From Myxococcota bacterium (lineage in GTDB: Bacteria; Myxococcota_A; Bradymonadia; UBA7976; UBA1532), in contig JAYZEG010000060.1 of NCBI GenBank assembly GCA_036337435.1, forward strand, positions 1 to 29,093: 29,093 bases of DNA. Reading direction: 5' to 3'. Of the stretch, positions 15,615-25,540 are shown piece by piece. The translations under genes and the position numbers were made by a program. The first letter of the stretch is position 1. The number at the start of each line of letters is the position of its first letter. The notes under the pieces are model-generated. The model worked only from the letters and a program-made list of their open reading frames with translations. It did no database searches and was not told the DNA's origin.

Positions 15615-16315
15615 GCGGCAAAGTTTATCCCGATGCTCAGGCAGCACTGCACGATGTCGCCGATGGAGCATCCATTATGGCGGGGGGGTTTGGTCTGTGC
15701 GGCAATCCCGAAAATTGTATTGCCGAGCTCGCGCGCAAGCCAATTTCGGACCTCACTATCATCAGTAACAATTGTGGAAATCAGGGCCGTGGCCTCGCGG
15801 TTTTGTTGCAGCAGCGCAAAGTGAGTCGGGTGATCGGGAGCTATATTGGCGGTAATCCTGACTTGCAGCAGCAATATCTTGCAGGTGACCTCGAGGTTGA
15901 ACTGAATCCGCAGGGGACATTAGCTGAGCGGATCAGAGCCGGCGGTGCTGGCCTTGGCGGTTTTTTTACACCGACTGGAGTCGGCACCGTTGTCGCTGAT
16001 GGCAAAGAAGAGCGGATCATTGACGACCGAACCTACATTTTCGAGAAAGCACTTCGAGCGGACTATGCAATCATTCGTGCTGAAGTGGGTGATACCTTCG
16101 GTAACCTTCGTTTCTATGGGACCGCTCGGAACTTTAGCCCGGCAATGGCGATGGCTGCACACGTGGCGGTTGTTGAAGTGGACACCCTGGTCGAGGTTGG
16201 CCAACTCGCTGCGGCGGACATTCATTTACCCGGAATATTTGTGCAACGGATTTTTCAAGGTCGGGACTACATAGACCCCATTGAATACCGGACAACCCGG
16301 TCGAGGGAGGTTTAG
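15611..16315 (+). CDS. 3-oxoacid CoA-transferase subunit A (ScoA/AtoD family)
   Basis: TTG start overlaps the upstream TGA. GGFGLCG.P, SNN, PQGTLAERIRAGGAG, NF.P.MA, IHLPGIFV. Confidence 0.93.
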   Translation: MSGKVYPDAQAALHDVADGASIMAGGFGLCGNPENCIAELARKPISDLTIISNNCGNQGRGLAVLLQQRKVSRVIGSYIGGNPDLQQQYLAGDLEVELNPQGTLAERIRAGGAGLGGFFTPTGVGTVVADGKEERIIDDRTYIFEKALRADYAIIRAEVGDTFGNLRFYGTARNFSPAMAMAAHVAVVEVDTLVEVGQLAAADIHLPGIFVQRIFQGRDYIDPIEYRTTRSREV

Positions 16316-16318
16316 GCC

Positions 16319-16948
16319 ATGGCACGGACACGTGATGAAATGGCCGCGATAGCGGCAGCTGAGATCGCTGATGGCCATGTGGTCAATTTGGGGATCGGTA
16401 TTCCAACGTTGGTCGCAAACCATGTGCCGCCGGCACTCAATGTGTGGCTTCACAGTGAGAATGGCCTTTTGGGCATGGGCCCTTTTCCGTATGAGGGTGA
16501 AGAGGATCCAAAAATCATTAATGCTGGAAAACAGACGGTCACCGTCTTGGACGGTGGAAGTTTCTTCGACAGCACGATGAGTTTTGCCATGATTCGTGGG
16601 GGGCATCTTGACTTGGCAATCCTCGGCGGTATGCAGGTCAGTGCCAACGGTGACCTCGCCAACTGGATGATTCCGGGTAAACGTGTCAACGGTATGGGTG
16701 GGGCTATGGACTTAGTCAGTGGTGCTAAGCGAGTCGTCGTGCTCATGACCCATACCAGTAAAAATGGCGAGCCTAAACTGGTCGATACGTGCAGCTTACC
16801 GCTGACGGGGGTTGCGTGCGTTGACCGGATCGTCACCGATATGGCCACCGTTGATGTCACTCCTGATGGTTTTAAATTGGTCGCCATCGCCGATGGCTAC
16901 ACGGAAGAGCAGGTTCGTGCATCGACGGGCGCACCTTTATTGACATGA
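16319..16948 (+). CDS. 3-oxoacid CoA-transferase subunit B (ScoB/AtoA family)
   Basis: [16 protein letters not shown], catalytic [32 protein letters not shown]. Confidence 0.94.
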   Translation: MARTRDEMAAIAAAEIADGHVVNLGIGIPTLVANHVPPALNVWLHSENGLLGMGPFPYEGEEDPKIINAGKQTVTVLDGGSFFDSTMSFAMIRGGHLDLAILGGMQVSANGDLANWMIPGKRVNGMGGAMDLVSGAKRVVVLMTHTSKNGEPKLVDTCSLPLTGVACVDRIVTDMATVDVTPDGFKLVAIADGYTEEQVRASTGAPLLT

Positions 16949-17101
16949 CCTCCAAAACCACCCTGAGCGGCCGACCACTCTGCACAAGGGCCCTATTTGA
17001 GCTTTGATTTGCTGGTCCGGACTGGGCTTCAGATGCGCGACAGCATGCGTTCGTTCGGGTCGCGCGCCAGCGTCAGCTCTATCCAGTTGTGTGCATCGTG
17101 T

Positions 17102-17419
17102 CTACGGAGGGTCGGCGACGTCGATGTCCTGGACAAGAATAAAGGGTGCGACGATAACAAACTGGTAGAAGCGCCCCTTGAGTGCGGCCAGCTCCGCTTG
17201 GCGGGACGGGTCGGGCTTTGTGAGCAGGCCTCGGGTGAGCATCCCAGAGATGGTGTTTGCGTCGTTGGAGGCGACGGCAACGGCGACCTCTAGAAGATTC
17301 AATTCAGCGGAGAGTCTAATCAGATTACCCGCGCGCGCATGCATCGCCAGAAGAGGCCAATCCGCAGTCCCGATCTGGGCTTTTAATTCCGCTTCCAGTT
17401 TGGCTCGCTCGATGTTCAT
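17102..17419 (-). CDS. DUF2288 family protein
   Basis: W..L..HA..G.LI.L...L.L.EVA.A.A.ND and C-terminal FVIVAPFILVQ resemble DUF2288. Confidence 0.75.
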   Translation of the reverse strand: MNIERAKLEAELKAQIGTADWPLLAMHARAGNLIRLSAELNLLEVAVAVASNDANTISGMLTRGLLTKPDPSRQAELAALKGRFYQFVIVAPFILVQDIDVADPP

Positions 17420-17443
17420 TTAAGACACACACTTTTCATTCAT
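17420..17443 (-). other. Seven-codon upstream ORF (MNEKCVS*), in frame with and abutting the DUF2288 start
   Basis: AAGGAGG (17459-17453), 9 nt, then ATG AAT GAA AAG TGT GTG TCT TAA, immediately followed by ATG 17419. Confidence 0.55.
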
Positions 17444-17583
17444 CGATATCGTCCTCCTTCGCCAACTCAAGCGCGGTCTCAGGCGGTCATCGACTCCGCC
17501 CGGACAAATCACTTGATCGTTGCTGTGACAAGGCGTACCACGAAGAGTGGCGTGTAGCGAGACAGAAACGAGGAGAATGAGCT

Positions 17584-20163
17584 ATGGTTAAAACCCGAAC
17601 GTTGAGTGCGTACGACAACATGACAGCGGATGGCAACGGTGCCTTTACCCTGCCCGGTTTCGAGACTCACTATGCGCCGAAGCTTGCATTAGAGCCCAAG
17701 CACCTTGAACTTCATCTCGCGGTTGACTTGGACAAGCGAGGTGCTGTCGGTCAATTGATTTGGACCATTGAGGCCCGACGGTCTGGCGAGATGTCTCTTG
17801 AATTGAACGCAGTCAACTTTGACATTGAATCCGTGTCGGACCTTGATGGCCATGATTTAGATTGGCGCCATGATGGGGAGACGCTTTTCATCGATTGGCA
17901 ACGGCCGAGCGAAAAAGGTCGGATGCGTCGGCTCGGGATCGAATGGACGGTATCAGCACCCAAGAGCGGTATGTTTTTCGGGTGTCCACCGGACGGTTCC
18001 TCTGATCAGGTTTCCTGGATGGTCACCGATCATGAGACTGAACGTGCGCGTTTTTGGTTGCCCTGCATTGACCTCCCGAATGTGCGCACAAGTCTCGATA
18101 TTTTTCTGCGTGCAAAGTCGGAATATACTCGCTTAGCAGCAGGTCAATTGGTTTCTGAAACAGAGCATGACGATGGGACGACATCCAGCCACTGGCACCT
18201 TGCCGAACGTTGTCCAAGCTATCTGCTCTGCTTGGCTGTGGGCGACTTCTGCATAGCCGATGGGGGGGCATGCAATGGTGTTCCCATTCGTTTCTTCGCA
18301 CCCAAACCCTACACGTCTGAGCAGCTGCAGCGCAGTTTTGGGCCCACGGCCGACATGATGAAGTGGATGACCGCCCGTCTCGGGGTCGATTTTCCTTACC
18401 CGAAGTATTATCAAGTCGCGGCACCGGGAATCGGTGGTGCCATGGAAAATATCAGCCTGACGACTTGGGATGATGTCTTCGTCACGGATGAGACCTTACA
18501 TGCGGAGTGGGGGTGGCTTGTCGATCTGATCAATCTGCATGAGATGGCCCACAGTTATTTCGGTGATGCGGTTGTCTGTCGAGATTACGCACATGCCTGG
18601 TTAAAAGAAGGTTGGGCAACCTACATGGAATCCGTTTGGCTTGGCGACACGCGGGGGACTGATGCGCTTCACGGGCAAATGTACGAGGAGAGCCGGCAGT
18701 ATCGACGGGAAGCTGACGGGCAGTATGTGCGACCGATTGTGACGCGACAATTTAATAGCAGTTTCCAAATGTATGATGGCCATTTGTATCCAGGGGCTGC
18801 CTGGCGAATTCATATGTTGAGGCAAATCATCGGTGAGACTGATTTCTGGCAGGCTGTCACAGCTTATCTCAAGACGTACTCTGGCTGTGTGGTTGAGACC
18901 GATGATTTTCGAAAGCAGTTGGAATCCGCATCTGGTTTGAGCTTAGCTCGTTTCTTTGATCAATGGATACACTCGCCAGGGTATCCGAAGCTCAAGTGCC
19001 AGCACAAATACGATGCGGTTCATCGCTGTGTTCAGATCACCATTGAGCAAACGCAAGTGGGTGAGACTTTTGGCTTACACGTAGGACTCTTCGACGTCGA
19101 CTTGGAGGTGTCGATTCAGCTTGATGATGGGCAGTGGAGAACTGGAACGGTCAGTCTGCATGAGGCAAAGCACACCCTGTCCATCCCGGCGGCCAAAGCG
19201 CCAACACAAATCATCGTCGATCCCAACATGAAAGTTCTCCATTCGTTGGACTTCAAGCCCGGCATTGATCTGTGCCTGACGTCTATGAGCAGGGCACCGA
19301 CAATTTACGGTCGAATTCAAGCTGCGGAGGCGTTGGCTCAATCGCCTACACCCGCGAATGTCGATGCGATTGCTGAAGCGTATCGGACGGAGTCAAATCT
19401 GACGGTCAAAAAAGCATTTTTACGTGCTCTGGGACAGACAGAGACCGTCCATGCAATGCACACTTTGGCCACCATGCTCGAAGAGGAATCAAATGTTCTC
19501 TTGATGTCGGCTCTTATCGACCAGTTAGCGAATTATCGAGACCCGCGCGTTGAAGAGGCATTGGTTGCCTGGCTCGATTCTGGTCCTCGGCCTTACATCG
19601 CGACTGGGTCTGCTCTAAAGGCACTTGGAGGCCAACGTCAATCAAGCCACATCGAGCGCCTCAAATCAGCAGCACGGGAACCCGGTTGGTGGGGGTGGGT
19701 ACAGCGAGATGCACGCATCGGCTTGGGCCATACTCGTACCGCAAATGCATACGAGTCTTTGTTGACTCTTTTAGACGATGACGACCTACGCCTTCAAGTT
19801 CGTTTGGGGACGGTCGCTGGTTTGGCTGAGTCGGTCAGGTGGCTCGGTGAGCCTGAGCGGCGTCGAGTTTGCGAACGCTTGATAGAGACCACGCGCGACC
19901 AAGGCTGGCGATATGGGTTGTCTGTTGCAAGGGCTTTGTTGACCATCGGATGTTCAGATTATGCGGGTGCCATCGATGGCATCGCCAGCCGCGTCGCACC
20001 TCAATGGTCGCCCATGTTTGGGCATTGCGCCAAGAAGTTGAGAGCAAAAGACCCAGGAGCAAAGACCAATGATGACGACATTCAATCGTTGAAGAAAACC
20101 GTTCAGGATTTACTTGGACGGCTGCAGGCTCTGGAAGAACTTACGTCGAAAAACACCGCCTGA
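17584..20163 (+). CDS. M1 family zinc aminopeptidase with C-terminal HEAT-like repeats and a coiled coil
   Basis: GAGGAG SD. GAMEN motif, HEMAH-x18-E, catalytic Tyr (HLYPG), helical repeat C-terminus. Confidence 0.93.
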   Translation: MVKTRTLSAYDNMTADGNGAFTLPGFETHYAPKLALEPKHLELHLAVDLDKRGAVGQLIWTIEARRSGEMSLELNAVNFDIESVSDLDGHDLDWRHDGETLFIDWQRPSEKGRMRRLGIEWTVSAPKSGMFFGCPPDGSSDQVSWMVTDHETERARFWLPCIDLPNVRTSLDIFLRAKSEYTRLAAGQLVSETEHDDGTTSSHWHLAERCPSYLLCLAVGDFCIADGGACNGVPIRFFAPKPYTSEQLQRSFGPTADMMKWMTARLGVDFPYPKYYQVAAPGIGGAMENISLTTWDDVFVTDETLHAEWGWLVDLINLHEMAHSYFGDAVVCRDYAHAWLKEGWATYMESVWLGDTRGTDALHGQMYEESRQYRREADGQYVRPIVTRQFNSSFQMYDGHLYPGAAWRIHMLRQIIGETDFWQAVTAYLKTYSGCVVETDDFRKQLESASGLSLARFFDQWIHSPGYPKLKCQHKYDAVHRCVQITIEQTQVGETFGLHVGLFDVDLEVSIQLDDGQWRTGTVSLHEAKHTLSIPAAKAPTQIIVDPNMKVLHSLDFKPGIDLCLTSMSRAPTIYGRIQAAEALAQSPTPANVDAIAEAYRTESNLTVKKAFLRALGQTETVHAMHTLATMLEEESNVLLMSALIDQLANYRDPRVEEALVAWLDSGPRPYIATGSALKALGGQRQSSHIERLKSAAREPGWWGWVQRDARIGLGHTRTANAYESLLTLLDDDDLRLQVRLGTVAGLAESVRWLGEPERRRVCERLIETTRDQGWRYGLSVARALLTIGCSDYAGAIDGIASRVAPQWSPMFGHCAKKLRAKDPGAKTNDDDIQSLKKTVQDLLGRLQALEELTSKNTA

Positions 20164-20169
20164 TGTCCC

Positions 20170-21855
20170 TTAGGGTTGGACCGTGACAGACAGGTCGTAG
20201 GCGCCCTCTAGGGCCACACCATCGTCGTTGACCCACGTGTCGACCACCAGCAAATATCGACCGGGGGCAACCCGTTGGTTGATGACCCGATGTCCCCGGG
20301 CCAAGCACGCTTGAGAATCGTTTCCTGTCAGAAGATGAATGTCAGGGTCGATGTCGTCACTGCGTGTCGAAATCGTGATATCTAAGCGCGCACTCTCCCG
20401 GATATTGAGAACGTAGACAACCTCCTTGCCCCCTTCATTGGCATCGGAGCAATTGTAGACGTTATGGGTCGACACTTGGCTGACAGCCGTGTTGCCTGCT
20501 GCGCGGTATGGAAATTGGCTGATTTGATGAGGACAACGGTAGGTCCCATCAGACTCTTCGCAGGGCTGCCAGACGCTGGCCGCAATGTCTCGGGCATCGA
20601 CCAAATAATAGTCGACCCGATTTCCAAAGTCTGTCCATGCGTGTCGGATAAACTCGATCCAATTGTCCGATCCAGGGATGACTTGACAGCCTGCAGACCA
20701 TCGATTGACGCGGATCTCAGACAGACTGCCTTCTACAGAGCCCATGTGAATATTGTGTCCTGAACCGAGGCGGTCGTGGTCGGCCGCACCCCCATCGAGC
20801 CAGCCGTTGCGGTCATCATCCCAATGTCCGTTCTTGTTACTGTCATCACGCACTGGGTAACTGGCTAGGTCCATTCTGAGCGCATTGTAACTTCGGTGCC
20901 ATCCATTGGTATACGGGTAGTACCGGTTCGGCTTGAGTGATGAGCTTTGGTGGTAGCCAAAATCTCTGGCACCCGTGTCGGTATTTACTGGAAATTCTCG
21001 AACATGTTTATTCCCATCTTCGTCAATCCACATAAGCACCAGGGTGTCGTCGAACCAGTTTGGTGTGTTGCCATGCGATTCAAAACGACCAGGGAATGCG
21101 CCCCGAAGTCCGATGACGGTTCGCTTGCCAGGAGTGCGATCTAACTCATACCAGAGGGTTTCTGATACGAGTCTGGCCCAGAGTTCATACGCTTCATCCT
21201 GAGTGAGCATCCGAGCACCCGTTGGGAGTTCGTAGCATCGCCGTTCCGTCCGCCATTCGGCCCCGCGATTAAAGAGTGGCATCTCGTCGTCGTAGCCAGG
21301 CATCGTAAGCGAATTTACTCCGTATGCTGGTTTTAAGTGCGTCGCCCGATCACCGGCCATTTGCCAGGTATAACCAGGCAATGGCTCTGGGTAGGCAATC
21401 CGACTGACGCCAGCGGAGGGCGCGGCTCTGACGGCTCGCTCAGCGTCTGTGGAGTGCAGGGTCAAGCTCGAGACCATTGGATAGCCAAAGTTGCAACTCT
21501 CAACGGCATTGGGATCAGCTCCGGGTTCAACAGGGGAGGGCTCTGGTTCAGGCTCCATCTGTGGCTCTGTACTGTCTGACTCTATCGTGTCCTGTTGGGG
21601 TATGATGGGGTGTACAGACGGAGGCTCTGGTTCACCGTATTCGACACGGTCAGGTTCGATGACCGACACCTCGTCATCGACTGGCCGCCGTCCCTCATTA
21701 TCGCCAGCTGCGCCCCCGCCCGGTTGGAAAACAAGAGCTGATGGCGTACCCGGGGTTGAAACAAGTTCCCCCGGCGCACACCCATAGACAACCACAACTA
21801 TCGGGGCCCAAAAGAGCCGACACAATGTGCAGTCCAGCATGCTCATGGACCGCAC
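20170..21855 (-). CDS. Putative secreted lipoprotein with a YkuD-like His/Cys domain and a C-terminal PPC-like beta-sandwich
   Basis: Lipobox-like VYG-C, Pro/Glu linker, NIH-x16-SAGCQ, and C-terminal EVVY.L...DPDIHLL...PGRYLLVVD...GAYDLSV. Start codon uncertain (21855, 21846 or 21840). Confidence 0.75.
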   Translation of the reverse strand: MRSMSMLDCTLCRLFWAPIVVVVYGCAPGELVSTPGTPSALVFQPGGGAAGDNEGRRPVDDEVSVIEPDRVEYGEPEPPSVHPIIPQQDTIESDSTEPQMEPEPEPSPVEPGADPNAVESCNFGYPMVSSLTLHSTDAERAVRAAPSAGVSRIAYPEPLPGYTWQMAGDRATHLKPAYGVNSLTMPGYDDEMPLFNRGAEWRTERRCYELPTGARMLTQDEAYELWARLVSETLWYELDRTPGKRTVIGLRGAFPGRFESHGNTPNWFDDTLVLMWIDEDGNKHVREFPVNTDTGARDFGYHQSSSLKPNRYYPYTNGWHRSYNALRMDLASYPVRDDSNKNGHWDDDRNGWLDGGAADHDRLGSGHNIHMGSVEGSLSEIRVNRWSAGCQVIPGSDNWIEFIRHAWTDFGNRVDYYLVDARDIAASVWQPCEESDGTYRCPHQISQFPYRAAGNTAVSQVSTHNVYNCSDANEGGKEVVYVLNIRESARLDITISTRSDDIDPDIHLLTGNDSQACLARGHRVINQRVAPGRYLLVVDTWVNDDGVALEGAYDLSVTVQP

Positions 21856-22090
21856 TTTAACGGAAAATGAGATGATTTTCGAGTGAAAGCATAGGAGGGT
21901 CTAAAACTCGCAATCGGTGGCCGAACAACACCGTAAGAGATGTCTCATGATGAAATACCTGCAGGGTGGACTTGCTTCGTATCACTCGATCTGTTAAGTC
22001 GTGCCGGCTAATCTCCGCAGTTCCGTCTTGGCGCGCCCACGCGTGAGAGACAATTGTTCGGAGTCCGTTAACCCAGAGAGTGAGAGACCT

Positions 22091-22432
22091 GTGAACGAGT
22101 TTTTGCTATTTACGGTGAATCAAGCCGGGCAAGGCCAGGCCCCTGCAGGCAGTGGTTTGGCTGGTTTAATGCCATTGTTGCTGATGTTTGTGATCTTCTA
22201 TTTTCTCTTGATTAGGCCTCAGAAGAAACGACAGCAAGCACACGCCGAGATGATTAGCCGCCTGAAGAAGGGTGACGAAATTGTCACTGCGGGCGGCGTA
22301 GTTGGCAGTATTTTCGCGTTGACCGACAGTGAGTTGGTGATCGAAGTAGCTGACCGTGTGAAAATTAGAGTCCTGAGAAATCAAGTGCAGATGTATAAGG
22401 CGGCCGAAGAGTCCGCGGAAAAGGAAAAATAG
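22091..22432 (+). CDS. yajC: Preprotein translocase subunit YajC
   Basis: Probable GTG at 22091. IFYFLLIRPQKKR, LKKGDEIVT.GG. Confidence 0.95.
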   Translation: MNEFLLFTVNQAGQGQAPAGSGLAGLMPLLLMFVIFYFLLIRPQKKRQQAHAEMISRLKKGDEIVTAGGVVGSIFALTDSELVIEVADRVKIRVLRNQVQMYKAAEESAEKEK

Positions 22433-22435
22433 GGA

Positions 22436-24304
22436 ATGGATGCACGAAGTCGAGTTCGAGCGATCGTACTGGCCCTCCTCGTTGCGGTCAGTTGCCTCAT
22501 GTTGGTGCCGACCTTCTACGGAGCAGGTGAGGACGGTCAAGGCGCACTGCCAGAGTGGTACACAAAAATCTTCAGTAAGAAAATGGTTCTCGGTTTGGAC
22601 CTCCAGGGCGGTATCTTGCTCAACTACAGTGTGCAAGTCGAGACTGCTCTCGAGCGCAAGACCACTCAGCGAGCTGGCAATATCGAAGTCGATCTGGAGA
22701 AGGAACGCCAGGTCAAAGTCAAAGCCATTCCGGGCAAAGGCGAAGACTTAAGTATTCGGATTCAGTTTGAGAAAGCGGATGATACCGGAAAAATGGACGC
22801 CGACTTTATGGCGCGTTTTCTTCCCAGCTATCAGGTCTTAGGTGTAGACGGTAATGAAGTCACAATCACCATGACCGATGCAGCCAAAAAAGAGTTTCGT
22901 GACAGTGCTATCGCTCAGGCTAAAGAAACCATCGAACGCCGAATCAATGCCTTCGGCGTGGCTGAAAGCTCGATTACTAAGCGCGGCGACAATCAGCTTG
23001 TCATTCAGCTTCCTGGTGTGAAGGAAGAGGACATTAAGGCCGCAAAGTCGAAGCTCGCCCAGACCGGTCAGCTGCATTTCCAAATTGTCGATAGGACAGC
23101 GGCTCAGGGCAAATTCTACGGTGATGTCAAAAAGCGGACGCCCAGTGCATCAGCTTGGCCTGATTCGTTAACGGAAGCCAAAGTTCGCTCGGACCACAAG
23201 GTCGCAACCGGCTCGAACTGGGCACGCAGCACAAGTCGCGAAGTCCTCGAGTATATGGCGAAGGGGTTGGTAGACGACGAGCACCTCATCGGTTTCGAGC
23301 AGATCTTTGTCAATCCGAAAGACCCTGGCCTGAATCCCATCACAAGCTTGTCGAAGGAACAGGAGAAAATCCTGAGCAAGTTGCGTACGGAAGACGTCGA
23401 TTTTGAAACCGAGCCGGTGGTAAAGGGATACGAGCTTTATTTCATGTTTCGCAAAGCGGGAATGAGTGGTGAGAACGTTGAAGACGCAAGCGTAGGATTC
23501 GATCAGTTCAACAAGCCGGAAGTCAATATGGCGTTTGCGCGCGTTGATGCAGACAAATTCCACGAGATGACTAAAGTTCACACGAAGGAACTGATGGCGA
23601 TCATGATCGATGAAATGGTCTACAGCGCACCTCGAATTAAGGAACCCATCGGGGGAGGCCGCGTGCGCATTGAGCTCGGTAACGCAGGTGCACAGGCACT
23701 GAAAGATGCCAATGCTCTCGTTGCTGTCCTAAAAAGTGGTGCACTTCAAGCACCATTGAAAAAAGAATACGAGAGTGCTGTCGGTCCGTCCCTTGGGGCC
23801 GATTCAGTCGAAGCCGGTAAATTGTCGATGATCATTGGGTTTGGACTGGTTGTCTTATTCATGTTCATCTATTACCGCGGTGCCGGCTTTGTGGCAGACA
23901 TTGCGCTTCTTTTGAACGTTCTCTTTGTGCTTGCCGGCCTCACCATGTTTGGTGCAACGCTGACATTACCTGGGATCGCGGGGATCGTGTTGACAGTTGG
24001 TATGGCGGTTGATGCGAATGTGCTCATCTTTGAGAGGATCCGAGAGGAACTGCGTTTGGGCCGTTCGGTGAGAGCTGCCATCGACGCAGGGTATGAAAAA
24101 GCATTTACGGCGATCCTGGATGCCAACGTGACCACGGGTATTGCTGCTGTCGTTCTGTATCAGTTCGGTTCGGGACCGATTCGGGGCTTTGCGGTGACCT
24201 TAGGCATCGGCATTATTTGCTCAATGTACACAGCGTTGATTGTCACGCGACTCATTTTTGAGAAGCAATATGGCAGTGGCAGCGCACAAAAGATGAGCAT
24301 TTAG
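22436..24304 (+). CDS. secD: Protein translocase subunit SecD
   Basis: LGLDLQGG, RINAFGVAE, VGPSLG, TLTLPGIAG, GMAVDANVLIFERIREE. Confidence 0.97.
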   Translation: MDARSRVRAIVLALLVAVSCLMLVPTFYGAGEDGQGALPEWYTKIFSKKMVLGLDLQGGILLNYSVQVETALERKTTQRAGNIEVDLEKERQVKVKAIPGKGEDLSIRIQFEKADDTGKMDADFMARFLPSYQVLGVDGNEVTITMTDAAKKEFRDSAIAQAKETIERRINAFGVAESSITKRGDNQLVIQLPGVKEEDIKAAKSKLAQTGQLHFQIVDRTAAQGKFYGDVKKRTPSASAWPDSLTEAKVRSDHKVATGSNWARSTSREVLEYMAKGLVDDEHLIGFEQIFVNPKDPGLNPITSLSKEQEKILSKLRTEDVDFETEPVVKGYELYFMFRKAGMSGENVEDASVGFDQFNKPEVNMAFARVDADKFHEMTKVHTKELMAIMIDEMVYSAPRIKEPIGGGRVRIELGNAGAQALKDANALVAVLKSGALQAPLKKEYESAVGPSLGADSVEAGKLSMIIGFGLVVLFMFIYYRGAGFVADIALLLNVLFVLAGLTMFGATLTLPGIAGIVLTVGMAVDANVLIFERIREELRLGRSVRAAIDAGYEKAFTAILDANVTTGIAAVVLYQFGSGPIRGFAVTLGIGIICSMYTALIVTRLIFEKQYGSGSAQKMSI

Positions 24305-24315
24305 GAGGTTAAACA

Positions 24316-25491
24316 ATGGAATTTTTCAAACCAGGCACTCGATATAACTTTCTAAGCATCGCAAAGCCATTGGTCAGCATGAGCATCATTTTGGTGCTGG
24401 CATCGTGGACGCTTGTCGCGACCAAAGGATTGAACTTTGGCATCGATTTCGCCGGCGGAACAGAAGCCCTTCTCAACTTCAAAGCACCGACAGATTTGCC
24501 GAAGTTAAGAGAAGAAATCGGCAAAACAGGCCTCGAGATGCCCGAGGTGGTCACCTACGGGCACTCAGACCAGGGCAAATACTTCGTCCGAAGCCGAAGC
24601 CAGAGTTTGCTGTCCGCAGCTGAGAAGGCAAAACTCAAAGCGACCCTCACTGAGAAAATTGGCGAACCCATCGTGTACAAAGACGACGATGAGACCGGCG
24701 AAGAAGTCCGCGTCAAATTCGCGGAGAAGCCCAAAGCAGGTGCGCTTAAAGAAGCCTTAACCGCTGCGGGTTTCCCGACGGGGACAGTCAACGTACATGC
24801 GGATGCCATGAATCCAGAATACCGACTGGGCTTACCCAGTCTGAGAGACCGCTTGGTAGAGGCCATGAAAGCCAAATATGGTGACGCCTTCGTCGGTGCT
24901 GACAAATTTGAATCAGTCGGGTCGGCTGTCGGTGCGCAGATGCGGAATCAGGGTATATTGTCGGTCATCTACGCTCTGCTCGGTATCCTCCTCTATGTCA
25001 GCTTTCGCTTCGACTTGCGGTACAGTCCCGGCGCGGTTCTCGCACTTGTCCATGACGTCAGCATTACCATCGGTGTCTTCAGCCTGTTTGGCCTTGAGTT
25101 TAATCTGCCGATTATCGCGGCCTTGCTGGCCATTGTCGGTTACTCGCTCAATGACACGATCGTAGTCTACGACCGGATTCGTGAGACCTTGAGACTTGGT
25201 TTAGGTGATACCTTGCTCGACGGGATTAACATCAGCGTGAGTGATTGTCTCTCGCGAACGGTTCTGACATCGGTCACAACCTTTCTCGCTGTCTTGTCCA
25301 TTTTTATTTACGGTGGTGGGATCATTCAAAACTTCGCCTTGGCGATGCTGATCGGTGTTGTCATCGGGACGTACTCGTCGATTTACATCGCGAGTCCGGC
25401 TGTTGTCGGGATGGATAATTATCTCAAGACGAGAGCTCAGGATGCTATTGAAGCCGATAAGGCGGTTGCAAGAGCCCGCGCCCGCGGTTAG
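24316..25491 (+). CDS. secF: Protein translocase subunit SecF
   Basis: AGGAGG SD. GIDFAGG, HDV, GYSLNDTIVVYDRIRE, LSRTVLTS, GTYSSIYIA. Confidence 0.97.
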   Translation: MEFFKPGTRYNFLSIAKPLVSMSIILVLASWTLVATKGLNFGIDFAGGTEALLNFKAPTDLPKLREEIGKTGLEMPEVVTYGHSDQGKYFVRSRSQSLLSAAEKAKLKATLTEKIGEPIVYKDDDETGEEVRVKFAEKPKAGALKEALTAAGFPTGTVNVHADAMNPEYRLGLPSLRDRLVEAMKAKYGDAFVGADKFESVGSAVGAQMRNQGILSVIYALLGILLYVSFRFDLRYSPGAVLALVHDVSITIGVFSLFGLEFNLPIIAALLAIVGYSLNDTIVVYDRIRETLRLGLGDTLLDGINISVSDCLSRTVLTSVTTFLAVLSIFIYGGGIIQNFALAMLIGVVIGTYSSIYIASPAVVGMDNYLKTRAQDAIEADKAVARARARG

Positions 25492-25540
25492 CCGTCGTCA
25501 TCCCACTTACTTCAACTGAGCGTATTGGATCCGGCTTTTG

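Noticed and set aside
16949..17101. Intergenic region between CoA-transferase B and DUF2288, and ORFs 16997..17293 and 17029..17280
   Set aside because: No convincing terminator, RNA motif or protein motif.
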